Position numbers and translations under genes: made by a program. Shown in pieces: positions 1 through 8,135 of a DNA stretch of 64,000 nt. The first letter of the stretch is position 1; each line of letters begins with the position of its first letter. The notes under the pieces were generated by a model. It was not told where the DNA came from. It was given only the letters and a program-made list of their open reading frames with translations, and made no database searches. This DNA comes from an uncultured virus (IMG/VR IMGVR_UViG_3300010348_001898) (lineage: Duplodnaviria > Heunggongvirae > Uroviricota > Caudoviricetes), in the IMG/VR virus record IMGVR_UViG_3300010348_001898, positions 1 to 64,000 of that record; one strand, 5' to 3'.

Positions 1-1
1 A

Positions 2-130
2 ATTATTATATCATTTACGTTAGGTATTTTATCTGATGTTAACTATTTCAATGATGTAAGATATCCTGTATTTTCATCATTTGTTTTATTCCTAGTATCT
101 ATGTATATTCTTTGTACTAAGAAGAAGTAA
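2..130 (+). CDS. partial (5'-truncated) hydrophobic, probably membrane protein
   Basis: Manual translation IIISFTLGILSDVNYFNDVRYPVFSSFVLFLVSMYILCTKKK*, open from the window edge. Confidence 0.4.
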   Translation: MIISFTLGILSDVNYFNDVRYPVFSSFVLFLVSMYILCTKKK

Positions 131-284
131 TAACGTAAACTAGAACCTTACCGTGTTCTTTTATAAATTTAAGCTCACCGTGAAATCCTAAGCTTTTAGC
201 TTTAGTTGAGTATTTATCATATAAGTCATCAAACTTACTTTCAAACACTTTTACCTTTTCAATTCCTAACTTTTTTAATATCAT
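117..284 (-). CDS. small hypothetical protein (55 aa)
   Basis: Manual ORF MILKKLGIEKVKVFES...VLVYVITSS*; ATG overlaps the stop of the upstream gene (ATGA coupling). Confidence 0.5.
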   Translation of the reverse strand: MILKKLGIEKVKVFESKFDDLYDKYSTKAKSLGFHGELKFIKEHGKVLVYVITSS

Positions 285-952
285 TCTTTAAGAGGTATTC
301 TTGGATCAACATCAAAATTATCATTGATATACTCTTTTAGTTCATTTTCTATAAAATGTTCAGGTACAATTTCACTATCCGGTATTTGTGCCATTTTATT
401 ACTAATAAAATTTGTAAAGTCGTTAAGAACTTCTGGCTTAATTGCATCAATCAATCTATCTGAAACTACAAATGCTCTTGAGAATCTATCTTTTAGAGGA
501 ACCTGACCTTCCGGTAACATCATATAAGTTTCAACAGATTTTTTTAGAAAGTCAGCATATTTTGATTGTGGATTTAGATAATCAAAAATAGTATCAAATA
601 CTCTATGAGCTAGTCTTGAAGAACCAAATATGGTTCCGACCACAGCTAATATAGGAAAAAATGGAGCTAGTGATAAAGGAACAGCAGTTGGTATTATAGA
701 AAATATATTCTTTTTGAGATTAGTTCTTTTCTTAGCCACGATAGCATCCTTAAAAATAGCTTTAAGAATACCAAAAGTAAAGTTTTCACCTTTAGAATGA
801 AGATAAGTAGCTAAGTGACCTTGTTTAGATAAAGCTACTTGTCTTTTTAATTCTTGTTTATCGGTAACACCTATACTTTTTAAGTAGTTAGTGATATTCT
901 TATCATATTTTTCTAAGATTAAGAATTCATTATAATTTTTTATTTTATCCAT
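281..952 (-). CDS. hypothetical protein with capsid-targeting-like leader and a hydrophobic segment
   Basis: 223-aa ORF starting MDKIKNYNEFLILE; hydrophobic stretch IIPTAVPLSLAPFFPILAVVGTIF. Confidence 0.75.
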   Translation of the reverse strand: MDKIKNYNEFLILEKYDKNITNYLKSIGVTDKQELKRQVALSKQGHLATYLHSKGENFTFGILKAIFKDAIVAKKRTNLKKNIFSIIPTAVPLSLAPFFPILAVVGTIFGSSRLAHRVFDTIFDYLNPQSKYADFLKKSVETYMMLPEGQVPLKDRFSRAFVVSDRLIDAIKPEVLNDFTNFISNKMAQIPDSEIVPEHFIENELKEYINDNFDVDPRIPLKE

Positions 953-1865
953 ATTTCTCGTAGTATTTAATTATTGTTTCTTTTGCTTTATCTGAAAGTA
1001 ATTCCATAGTCATTTCTATGTTTTTAGCATTTTCTCTCCATTTTATAGAACCTGACTTTTCATCATTATGGATTCCATTCATATAATCTATTCTTTCTTC
1101 CCAAGATTCTTTACCATCAATAATATCAAATGGTATTCCTTCACCGTCTATTTCAGGATATTTAGAACAAGCTATGTACCACTTTTTACTAGGACTTCTT
1201 TCTTTTTTAGTCCAAGTTAATTTTAGTTTATCATACTTATTATCTTTAGGTAGTATTCTAAATAATAAAGACATTTTATTCCACATAGAATAACCATCGT
1301 GTGATTTTGAACACCATTCAGTATTTTTTGCAGTTTCTGCTGATGCAGTAAAGTTTATAGGAATTAAAATATCGACTTTATCATCACTAAAAACAATATC
1401 ATATTTAGCTTCTTCTGTTTGTATTTTATATTCTTCTTGTATTTTAGACATATGACCTTCAAATTCATATAATGATTTGAATTTTAATATATCATTTTCT
1501 AATGTTTTATTTAATTGACCTCCTAAGTAAAATGACCCTTTTTTAACTTTACTTTGATACCAGCCAGTTGAGAATATAAATAATTTGAAATTTAGATCAG
1601 AATCAAAATATCTATCAAATTCTTCTTCTTTTTCAATTTCATAGTAAGTATCAGCTTTCATTTTTTTATACATACTTATAAGCCATTTAGTATATTTACC
1701 TGGTTTAGAAAATTCTTTTTTTCTAACTGAAGTAGGATCTAAATTAACTAACTTATAGAATATTTTCTTATCTAAGTCTGGGTACCATTTTTTTCTAATT
1801 TCCTCACTTCCGATACTTTTTTCTAAAAGCAATCCTGAAAAATCATCAAATCTTAAAATTTCCAT
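945..1865 (-). CDS. hypothetical phage protein
   Basis: Track ORF 945..1949; likely start MEILRFDDF at 1865, which avoids overlap with the divergent topoisomerase gene; contains an ILIP...TEWC motif. Confidence 0.75.
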   Translation of the reverse strand: MEILRFDDFSGLLLEKSIGSEEIRKKWYPDLDKKIFYKLVNLDPTSVRKKEFSKPGKYTKWLISMYKKMKADTYYEIEKEEEFDRYFDSDLNFKLFIFSTGWYQSKVKKGSFYLGGQLNKTLENDILKFKSLYEFEGHMSKIQEEYKIQTEEAKYDIVFSDDKVDILIPINFTASAETAKNTEWCSKSHDGYSMWNKMSLLFRILPKDNKYDKLKLTWTKKERSPSKKWYIACSKYPEIDGEGIPFDIIDGKESWEERIDYMNGIHNDEKSGSIKWRENAKNIEMTMELLSDKAKETIIKYYEKYG

Positions 1866-1902
1866 ATAAAAACAAAGAATAGTTTTTACTATATATAAAA
1901 TT

Positions 1903-3246
1903 ATGAATGCAGAAAAGACAATTTCAGATTTTTTATCCAATGAGTACAAAGAGTTTGCTATGTACTCAATCGAAGGTCGTGCAATACCTTCTGTTATAGA
2001 TGGATTTAAGCCAACACATAGAAAAATTATACATATCTCTAATCAAATTTGGAAAACAGGTAATGAGAAAAATCTAAAAGTTTTTCAATTAGCAGGTAAA
2101 GTAGCTTCTGATGCTTTTTATCATCACGGTAATACATCATTAGAAAATGCTATTGTAACGATGGCTCAAAAGTTCAAAAACAATGCTCCTTTATTAGAAG
2201 AGATTGGACAGTTTGGATCTTTAAGAAGTCCACAACCAGGTGCAGCACGTTATATTGGAACTAAGTTATCTAACAATTTTAGGTTTATCTATAAAGACTT
2301 TGATCTTTTAGAATATAAAGAAGAAGAAGGTGAATCAATTGAGCCTCATTACTTTTTACCTATTATTCCAACTATCTTATTAAATGGTTCTTCTGGTATT
2401 GCAGTAGGATTCTCATCTAATATCTTAAATAGAGACATTAAAGACATTATAGATTCTTGTACTAAGGTTTTAGCGGGAAAGAAACAATCGTTGATAAAAC
2501 CTTCTCTAAATGAGTTTACTGGTGAGTTTATACAAGATAAAGAGAATAATAAAAGATGGATAATAAGAGGTAGATTCCAAAAGGTAAATACATCTACGGT
2601 TAAAATATTAGAGTTACCACCTTCTATGACTTATGAGAAATATGAAGAGATATTAGATAAGTTAGTTGATAATAAAGATATAGTTTCCTATGATGATAAT
2701 TGTAAAGATAATATAGATTATACAATTAAGTTTCAGAGAAGTGTTTTAGAGAAGTTAGATGATACAGCTTTAATAAAGCTATTGAAGTTAGAAGAATCAT
2801 CAACTGAGATATTTACTTCATTAGATGAGAGAGGTAAATTAAAAATATTTGAAACTGCGGAAGAGATTATAGAATATTTTACTAACTTTAGATTAACTTA
2901 TTATATTAAGAGAAAAGAGTATTTATTAGATAAATTGAATAAAGAGCTAAAAATACTAAGTAATCGTGGAAGATTCATAAAGGCTATTTTAGATGAGAAA
3001 ATTAAAATTAATAATGTTGCTAAATCAGAAATAATTGAGTCTATAAAGTCATTAGGTTTAGATTTAGTAGATGATTCATATGATTACTTATTAAGAATGC
3101 CAATTTACTCTTTAACTAAAGAGCTTTTTGAAAAACTAAAAGAAGATTTTACAAAGAAAAAGCAAGAAATAAAAGAGTTAGAAGAAACAGATCCTAAAAA
3201 TATGTATTTAGAGGATCTTCAAGAACTGAAAAAAAGATATAAATAA
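1903..3246 (+). CDS. type IIA DNA topoisomerase, GyrA/ParC-like subunit (T4 gp52-like)
   Basis: RAIPSVIDGFKP, YHHG, catalytic AARY, LLNGSSGIAVG motifs. Confidence 0.95.
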   Translation: MNAEKTISDFLSNEYKEFAMYSIEGRAIPSVIDGFKPTHRKIIHISNQIWKTGNEKNLKVFQLAGKVASDAFYHHGNTSLENAIVTMAQKFKNNAPLLEEIGQFGSLRSPQPGAARYIGTKLSNNFRFIYKDFDLLEYKEEEGESIEPHYFLPIIPTILLNGSSGIAVGFSSNILNRDIKDIIDSCTKVLAGKKQSLIKPSLNEFTGEFIQDKENNKRWIIRGRFQKVNTSTVKILELPPSMTYEKYEEILDKLVDNKDIVSYDDNCKDNIDYTIKFQRSVLEKLDDTALIKLLKLEESSTEIFTSLDERGKLKIFETAEEIIEYFTNFRLTYYIKRKEYLLDKLNKELKILSNRGRFIKAILDEKIKINNVAKSEIIESIKSLGLDLVDDSYDYLLRMPIYSLTKELFEKLKEDFTKKKQEIKELEETDPKNMYLEDLQELKKRYK

Positions 3247-3269
3247 TTGTTTATATCTAAATAAAACAT

Positions 3270-3277
3270 TAATTTTG
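3270..3277 (+). promoter_or_regulatory. Bacteroidota-type -7 promoter element (TAnnTTTG)
   Basis: TAATTTTG 16 nt upstream of the ATG at 3294. Confidence 0.5.
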
Positions 3278-3293
3278 TAGAAAATAATTAAAA

Positions 3294-4544
3294 ATGAAAC
3301 AACAACTTGTAGATTTGATACATAGCAAAGCGCCTGGTTCTAAACCACTTTTCTTGGTGGTTAGAGGTTCTCATGCTTATGGTACAAATATAGAAACATC
3401 AGACGTCGATTATGCTGGTGTATTTATCCAGTCATTAGATGATATATTGGGTAGTAAATATGTAGAGCAAGTAAATGATGATAAGAATGATATTGTTATT
3501 TATGAAATAAGACGATTTTTAGAGCTTTTAGGTAAAAACAATCCAACTGTATTAGAACTTCTTAATACACCAGAGGATTGTATTATTTATAAAGATCCTG
3601 TTTTTGATATGATTTTAGAAAATAGAGATCAATTTATTACTAAAGTTTGTGCTAGATCGTTTGGTGGTTATGCTACTACTCAAATTAATAAATCAAAAGG
3701 ACTTAATAAGAAACAAAACTGGGAGAAAGATAAAGTAACTCGTAAAGATTTGCTCGACTTCTGTTATGTTATTGAAGGAGAAAAGTCTATACCTTGGAAA
3801 GTATGGAATAATGGCACTTATGAAGAAAAGTTTATAGGTGCTGTAAATATTCCACACGCTAGAGATATGTATGCTTTATTTTATGATATAAATGCTTATC
3901 ATGCTTTTAGTGAATCAGTTCCACAAAATGTTAGAGAAGCACATATTAAACTTAGAAAGGATGCTGATTTACCAGTAGGTTTAGGTTACAAAGGTTTAGT
4001 TAAGCTTGGTGATGTTCTTGAGAAGTCTGATGAAAATGGTATGTTGGATATTAGTACAGAAGAACTAAAAAATTACATTTCTGGTTCTATTGTGAATTCT
4101 AATCAACTACGTCTTTCAAGTATTCCAAAAGGTGAGACTCCAATTTGTACAATTTTCTATAACAAAGATGGTTACTCTGAGCATTGTAAAGACTTTAGAG
4201 AATATGAGGAATGGTTAGAGAAAAGAAACACTCAAAGATGGGTTGATGTTAAATCACACGGTCAACAAATCGACGGTAAAAATATGCTTCATTGTGTAAG
4301 ATTAGTTGATATGTCTCGTGAGATTGCAGAAGGTAAAGGAATTATAGTAAGACGACCTAATGCTGAGCAACTTCTTGCGATTAGAAGAGGTGAAGTTGAT
4401 CTTCAATCTTTGATTGATTATGTTGAAAAAGAGATTGTTGAAGTCGATAGAATTTTCAAAGAGTCTAATCTACCTGATAAAGTATCAGAAGAGTTTATAA
4501 ATGATTTGTTAATTAAAATTAGAAAAATATCATATGGTTTTTAG
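3294..4544 (+). CDS. Pol-beta superfamily nucleotidyltransferase (T4 NrdC.11/RlaP-like)
   Basis: GSHAYG...SDVDYAGVF, NNPTVLELL and KNMLHCVRL motifs. Confidence 0.85.
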   Translation: MKQQLVDLIHSKAPGSKPLFLVVRGSHAYGTNIETSDVDYAGVFIQSLDDILGSKYVEQVNDDKNDIVIYEIRRFLELLGKNNPTVLELLNTPEDCIIYKDPVFDMILENRDQFITKVCARSFGGYATTQINKSKGLNKKQNWEKDKVTRKDLLDFCYVIEGEKSIPWKVWNNGTYEEKFIGAVNIPHARDMYALFYDINAYHAFSESVPQNVREAHIKLRKDADLPVGLGYKGLVKLGDVLEKSDENGMLDISTEELKNYISGSIVNSNQLRLSSIPKGETPICTIFYNKDGYSEHCKDFREYEEWLEKRNTQRWVDVKSHGQQIDGKNMLHCVRLVDMSREIAEGKGIIVRRPNAEQLLAIRRGEVDLQSLIDYVEKEIVEVDRIFKESNLPDKVSEEFINDLLIKIRKISYGF

Positions 4545-5139
4545 TATTGCGTGTTTAGGATTTTTTTGTTTAGGTATTCTTTTAACTAACTTGTATAATA
4601 AAATTATGTACAAGAGAGAATCTGATAAGATATTAAAAGAGAGAAATTCATTCTTTTCTAAGGTTTTAGAAAAAATCTATTCTAATGAGGTTCAATTTAA
4701 GGATAGAATAAATAATTCTGTTACGTTAACAACGTCAATTGAAGGAACTGGTTTTATTGATATTGTTTATATTATGGATAATAGACAAGACGTTGCTATT
4801 TTTAGAAATGGTAAGTGTATTTATACAACCGATGGTATTGATGAAAATATTGTTGATGAATTGATAACTACTATTAATATCTATTTCAAGTCAGAGATAA
4901 ATGATGTTATAAGTGTTTTAGGTATGATATTTTATAAACCTACATTTGAATCAAAATTTGGAATTAAGTTATCTGACTTAAAAGCAATGTATAATTTCGA
5001 TGAAGAGTTTGAAAATAAAGCTAAGCAAAAAAGTGTTAAGTCTTATAATATAGATGAAATCTTGGACAAAATTAGTGCTCAAGGTATTCAAAGCTTAACT
5101 TTAGAAGAGAAAAAGTTTTTAGATAACTATAATGGATGA
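4534..5139 (+). CDS. membrane-anchored protein with C-terminal DUF6576-like module
   Basis: N-terminal hydrophobic helix; C-terminus IDEILDKISAQGIQSLTLEEKKFL. Confidence 0.7.
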   Translation: MVFSIACLGFFCLGILLTNLYNKIMYKRESDKILKERNSFFSKVLEKIYSNEVQFKDRINNSVTLTTSIEGTGFIDIVYIMDNRQDVAIFRNGKCIYTTDGIDENIVDELITTINIYFKSEINDVISVLGMIFYKPTFESKFGIKLSDLKAMYNFDEEFENKAKQKSVKSYNIDEILDKISAQGIQSLTLEEKKFLDNYNG

Positions 5140-5434
5140 TATTAATACCGTAAGTCAATTTGTTATAAAAGATTATAGAACTATACAAGGTACGATAAAT
5201 ATCATCTTTGAGATAGATAATAACTACTTTTATATTGAAGATGATTTTGAAAAAATAAAAGATGTTGATAAGATGCCGGTTTATATAAAAAAAGACTGGT
5301 ATAAGTATAATAAAAAAGAATTAACACTTGAAGTTATTAATTCTCATATTTCATTCTCTAAAGAATTAGAAGATGATGATTTATTTAGAAACTTGGTATC
5401 TATACGAAGAGATTATATTATTGATAAACTATAA
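5132..5434 (+). CDS. hypothetical protein with C-terminal RDYIIDKL tag
   Basis: 100-aa ORF coupled to the previous gene and followed by a terminator. Confidence 0.7.
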   Translation: MDDINTVSQFVIKDYRTIQGTINIIFEIDNNYFYIEDDFEKIKDVDKMPVYIKKDWYKYNKKELTLEVINSHISFSKELEDDDLFRNLVSIRRDYIIDKL

Positions 5435-5435
5435 A

Positions 5436-5459
5436 AAAACCACTCAATAGAGTGGTTTT
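5436..5459. terminator. bidirectional intrinsic terminator
   Basis: AAAACCACTC-AATA-GAGTGGTTTT hairpin between convergent genes. Confidence 0.8.
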
Positions 5460-5463
5460 ATTT

Positions 5464-5997
5464 TTATAGTGGAAGTTCTTCTTCTCCTTCTTCTGTTTGA
5501 CCTTGTGCCTGACCTTGACCTTGTGCCTGACCTTGACCTTGTGCCTGACCTTGTGCAGGTGCTTGAGTCTGTGGTTCTTCAAATTCATCATCACCTTGTG
5601 CTTGACCTTCTGGTTGAGCTTGCATTTGTGGTTGAGCTTGCATTTGTGGTTGAGCTTGCGGTTCAGTTTGTACTTGTACTTGACCTTGTCCTTGAGTTTG
5701 AGCTTGAGTTTGACCACCCATTATTGCACCACCTGGAATTTTATCAACATCAACAAAGTTAAGTGTTACATATTTAATTATTTCCTCAGCAATATCTACA
5801 TCACCAAAAAATTGACGTAAATTTTTACCTGTGGTGTCTTTTACTTTTTTTACATAAGCATTAATAAGAGATTGAGGAATATCAATCATAGTTTTTACTT
5901 TATAAATATCATTTACTTGTAATACTGATTCTCTTATTATTTCTTCTCTATTTTTCTTAATACGAAAAGATTCAAATTTTTTAACGTGTTTCATCAT
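5464..5997 (-). CDS. Q/G-rich putative virion/internal protein with capsid-targeting-like leader
   Basis: Starts MKHVKKFESF; low-complexity QAQPQM/QGQAQG tail; strong promoter motif upstream. Confidence 0.8.
   Translation of the reverse strand: MMKHVKKFESFRIKKNREEIIRESVLQVNDIYKVKTMIDIPQSLINAYVKKVKDTTGKNLRQFFGDVDIAEEIIKYVTLNFVDVDKIPGGAIMGGQTQAQTQGQGQVQVQTEPQAQPQMQAQPQMQAQPEGQAQGDDEFEEPQTQAPAQGQAQGQGQAQGQGQAQGQTEEGEEELPL
5498..5551. repeat. 3 x 18-bp tandem repeat (coding QGQAQG)
   Basis: TGACCTTGTGCCTGACCT x3. Confidence 0.9.
5611..5659. repeat. about 2.7 x 18-bp tandem repeat (coding QMQAQP)
   Basis: TGGTTGAGCTTGCATTTG x2 plus a partial copy. Confidence 0.9.
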
Positions 5998-6016
5998 TAA
6001 AGATTAATTTTTTTAT

Positions 6017-6047
6017 TATATATTAATATTAAAAACTCATTTTTTTC
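6017..6047 (-). promoter_or_regulatory. putative phage late promoter GAAAAAAATGA-N12-AATATATA
   Basis: Same motif and spacing at 27857-27887(-) and 62831-62861(+). Confidence 0.6.
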
Positions 6048-6052
6048 ACTTT

Positions 6053-6565
6053 TTAGTGAATTATTCCAACAGATATTAAAACTAATCCAACTATAGCCAG
6101 TGTTCCTAAAGAACCACCTACCCACATCTTAGTTTTCATCTTACCGATCTGTTTATCTTTAATATCAATTTGTTCTTTTTGATTAGCTAGTTGTGATTCG
6201 AGAACTTGATTTCTTTGCATCCAAGATAAAATTTCACCTTGTAAGTCTGTAATTTTACCATCTTTTATTACTAATTGTCCTTCTAATTTACCCACCGTAA
6301 TATTTAATTTAGCAATAGCTTCATCTTTTTCTGAAATTACTTTTACACAAAGAGTTTCATATTCTTTCATCTCAATAGAAAGTTTTTCAAATTTTTCTAA
6401 AAGATCAGAACTATTATTTAATTTCATAGCTTGTGGTATTGTCATTACGACGACTTTTTGTCCTAATGAATCTATCTCAAATTTAGGATATTTTATTTCT
6501 GGAGTTACTTGTGCAAATAAAGTAACACTTATTAGTAGTGTTAATAATGTTAATAAATTTTTCAT
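6053..6565 (-). CDS. secreted coiled-coil protein with C-terminal transmembrane helix (possible spanin-like lysis protein)
   Basis: Signal peptide MKNLLTLLTLLISVTLFA, coiled coil, C-terminal hydrophobic helix. Confidence 0.55.
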   Translation of the reverse strand: MKNLLTLLTLLISVTLFAQVTPEIKYPKFEIDSLGQKVVVMTIPQAMKLNNSSDLLEKFEKLSIEMKEYETLCVKVISEKDEAIAKLNITVGKLEGQLVIKDGKITDLQGEILSWMQRNQVLESQLANQKEQIDIKDKQIGKMKTKMWVGGSLGTLAIVGLVLISVGIIH

Positions 6566-6568
6566 AAA

Positions 6569-6976
6569 CTAATTTAATTTTTTATTTAAGGATTCTAATA
6601 GTTGCTCGTCTGTTAATTGTGGTGGATTTTTCTTAAAATCTTCAATCTCTTGTCTTGTTTTAGTTATTCCACCTTTTAGATTATCTAATTCAGCTTTAGT
6701 CTTATTTGCCTTTTCGATAGCAAGTCTGGCTTCTTTTTTAGCTTGAGTAACCTCTATTGATTTCTTCTTATCTTCAGCATCTTTTAGTTGGTATTTAGTT
6801 TTCCAATTTGCAATGTCTGCATCAATAGCATTTTTTTCTTCTTCTAGTTTCTCATATTTTTGTTCTAACTCTTTTAGTCTTTCTTTATCTTCATCATTTC
6901 CTGACAAATACCATTTTAGACCAAAAAAAGAAACTATTACTAAAAGAGCTATTATAATATAATGTTCTAATTTCAT
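6569..6976 (-). CDS. N-anchored coiled-coil membrane protein (possible i-spanin-like)
   Basis: Likely start MKLEHYIIIALLVIVSFFGL at 6976, followed by a long charged coiled coil. Confidence 0.55.
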   Translation of the reverse strand: MKLEHYIIIALLVIVSFFGLKWYLSGNDEDKERLKELEQKYEKLEEEKNAIDADIANWKTKYQLKDAEDKKKSIEVTQAKKEARLAIEKANKTKAELDNLKGGITKTRQEIEDFKKNPPQLTDEQLLESLNKKLN

Positions 6977-7016
6977 AAAATTGCCTTTTTTTATTTTATA
7001 TATTAAATATTTTATA

Positions 7017-7024
7017 TATATTTG
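7017..7024 (+). promoter_or_regulatory. Bacteroidota-type -7 promoter element
   Basis: TATATTTG(CA) upstream of the HAD gene ATG at 7043. Confidence 0.5.
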
Positions 7025-7042
7025 CAAATAAATTATTATATA

Positions 7043-7546
7043 ATGAAATTAATATGTTTTGATTTAGATGATACTCTGTGTCATACTATGAAACCTGAGG
7101 AGGGAAAACCTTTATGGAAAGAAAAAACTGGTCAAGATTGGCCTCACCGTGGTTGGTGGAGTAAGCCAGAAACTTTAGATTTAGATATTTTTGATACAAA
7201 AGTAAATCCTTATGTTTATGAAGAGTATCTTAAAGCTGTTTCTGATCCAGATAACTATGTTATTTGTGCAACTGGTCGTGTTGAAAAATTAAGACCAGAA
7301 GTTGAGGCATTGTTAAGTAAATTAAACTTAGCATTTGATGCTATTTACTTGAATACTGGTGGTGATACTTTTACATTCAAATGTAGGTTATTTGAGAAAT
7401 TAATTAGAAAATTAGGTGTTGATGAATTCGTTATGTATGACGACCGTTACGAACATTTAGTTGAATTTGAAAAATGGGCTAAAACAATTGACTGTAGAAT
7501 TACTATAATTGATGTAAAAAACAAAACAAAAAAAGTTTTTAAGTAA
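7043..7546 (+). CDS. HAD-superfamily phosphatase (Swiss-army-knife RNA-repair-like HAD)
   Basis: FDLDDTL motif I, ATGR motif II, MYDDR motif IV; start corrected to MKLICF. Confidence 0.85.
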   Translation: MKLICFDLDDTLCHTMKPEEGKPLWKEKTGQDWPHRGWWSKPETLDLDIFDTKVNPYVYEEYLKAVSDPDNYVICATGRVEKLRPEVEALLSKLNLAFDAIYLNTGGDTFTFKCRLFEKLIRKLGVDEFVMYDDRYEHLVEFEKWAKTIDCRITIIDVKNKTKKVFK

Positions 7547-7547
7547 A

Positions 7548-7829
7548 ATGGCAACTATAACTAAAACAAAAACAAAATCAAAGGTACAAAGTATTCTTTC
7601 TAAACCTTATCGTCTTATATTGCATAATGATGATTATAATACTTTTTCACATGTTATTGAATCATTAGTTAAAATTTGTAAACATGATTATACTCAGGCT
7701 GAACAATGTGCTAATATAATTCATTTTAATGGTAAATGTGATGTTAAATATGGAGATTATGAAACTATAAGTGACATGTTAGATAAGTTAAGAAATCTTG
7801 GTTTATGTGCGACCATGGAGTCTAACTAA
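7548..7829 (+). CDS. clpS: ATP-dependent Clp protease adaptor ClpS
   Basis: YRLILHNDDYNTFSHVIESL...QAEQCANIIHFNGKC, typical of ClpS. Confidence 0.9.
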   Translation: MATITKTKTKSKVQSILSKPYRLILHNDDYNTFSHVIESLVKICKHDYTQAEQCANIIHFNGKCDVKYGDYETISDMLDKLRNLGLCATMESN

Positions 7830-7907
7830 TATATCTATTAAAGTTTCTTGGGGTTGTATAGTATTCTTTAGAATTTAATATAAATTTTAACTTTTTACTA
7901 GTTCCGT

Positions 7908-8075
7908 ACAATATTAATTTCTGGTCCAACTACAGGAAATCAAGAATTGATTTTGGAGAAAATGTTTGTCAACGGAAAAGAAAATTCAATTGCAAAAGTT
8001 GGTGATAAAGTAACTTTTGAAGTTCCTTTCCGAGTAAGATTGTCAGATAAATTATTTAAAATTATCAGCTTTTAA
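7908..8075 (+). pseudogene. start-less fragment resembling the C-terminus of a Bacteroidota U32-family peptidase
   Basis: Manual translation TILISGPTTGNQELILEKMFVNGKENSIAKVGDKVTFEVPFRVRLSDKLFKIISF*; in-frame TAG at 7899. Confidence 0.6.
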
Positions 8076-8135
8076 ATCAATGCGTAACTACAAATGGTAA
8101 TACTTTTTGGATCAATTGTATTATCTTTTGCTTAT

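Noticed and set aside
5498..5659. Short direct repeats as a possible CRISPR array
   Set aside because: Head-to-tail 18-bp coding repeats with no unique spacers; no cas genes in the window
5418..5820. Overlapping ORFs 5418..5717, 5469..5762 and 5497..5820
   Set aside because: Shadow frames produced by the tandem repeats of the Q/G-rich gene
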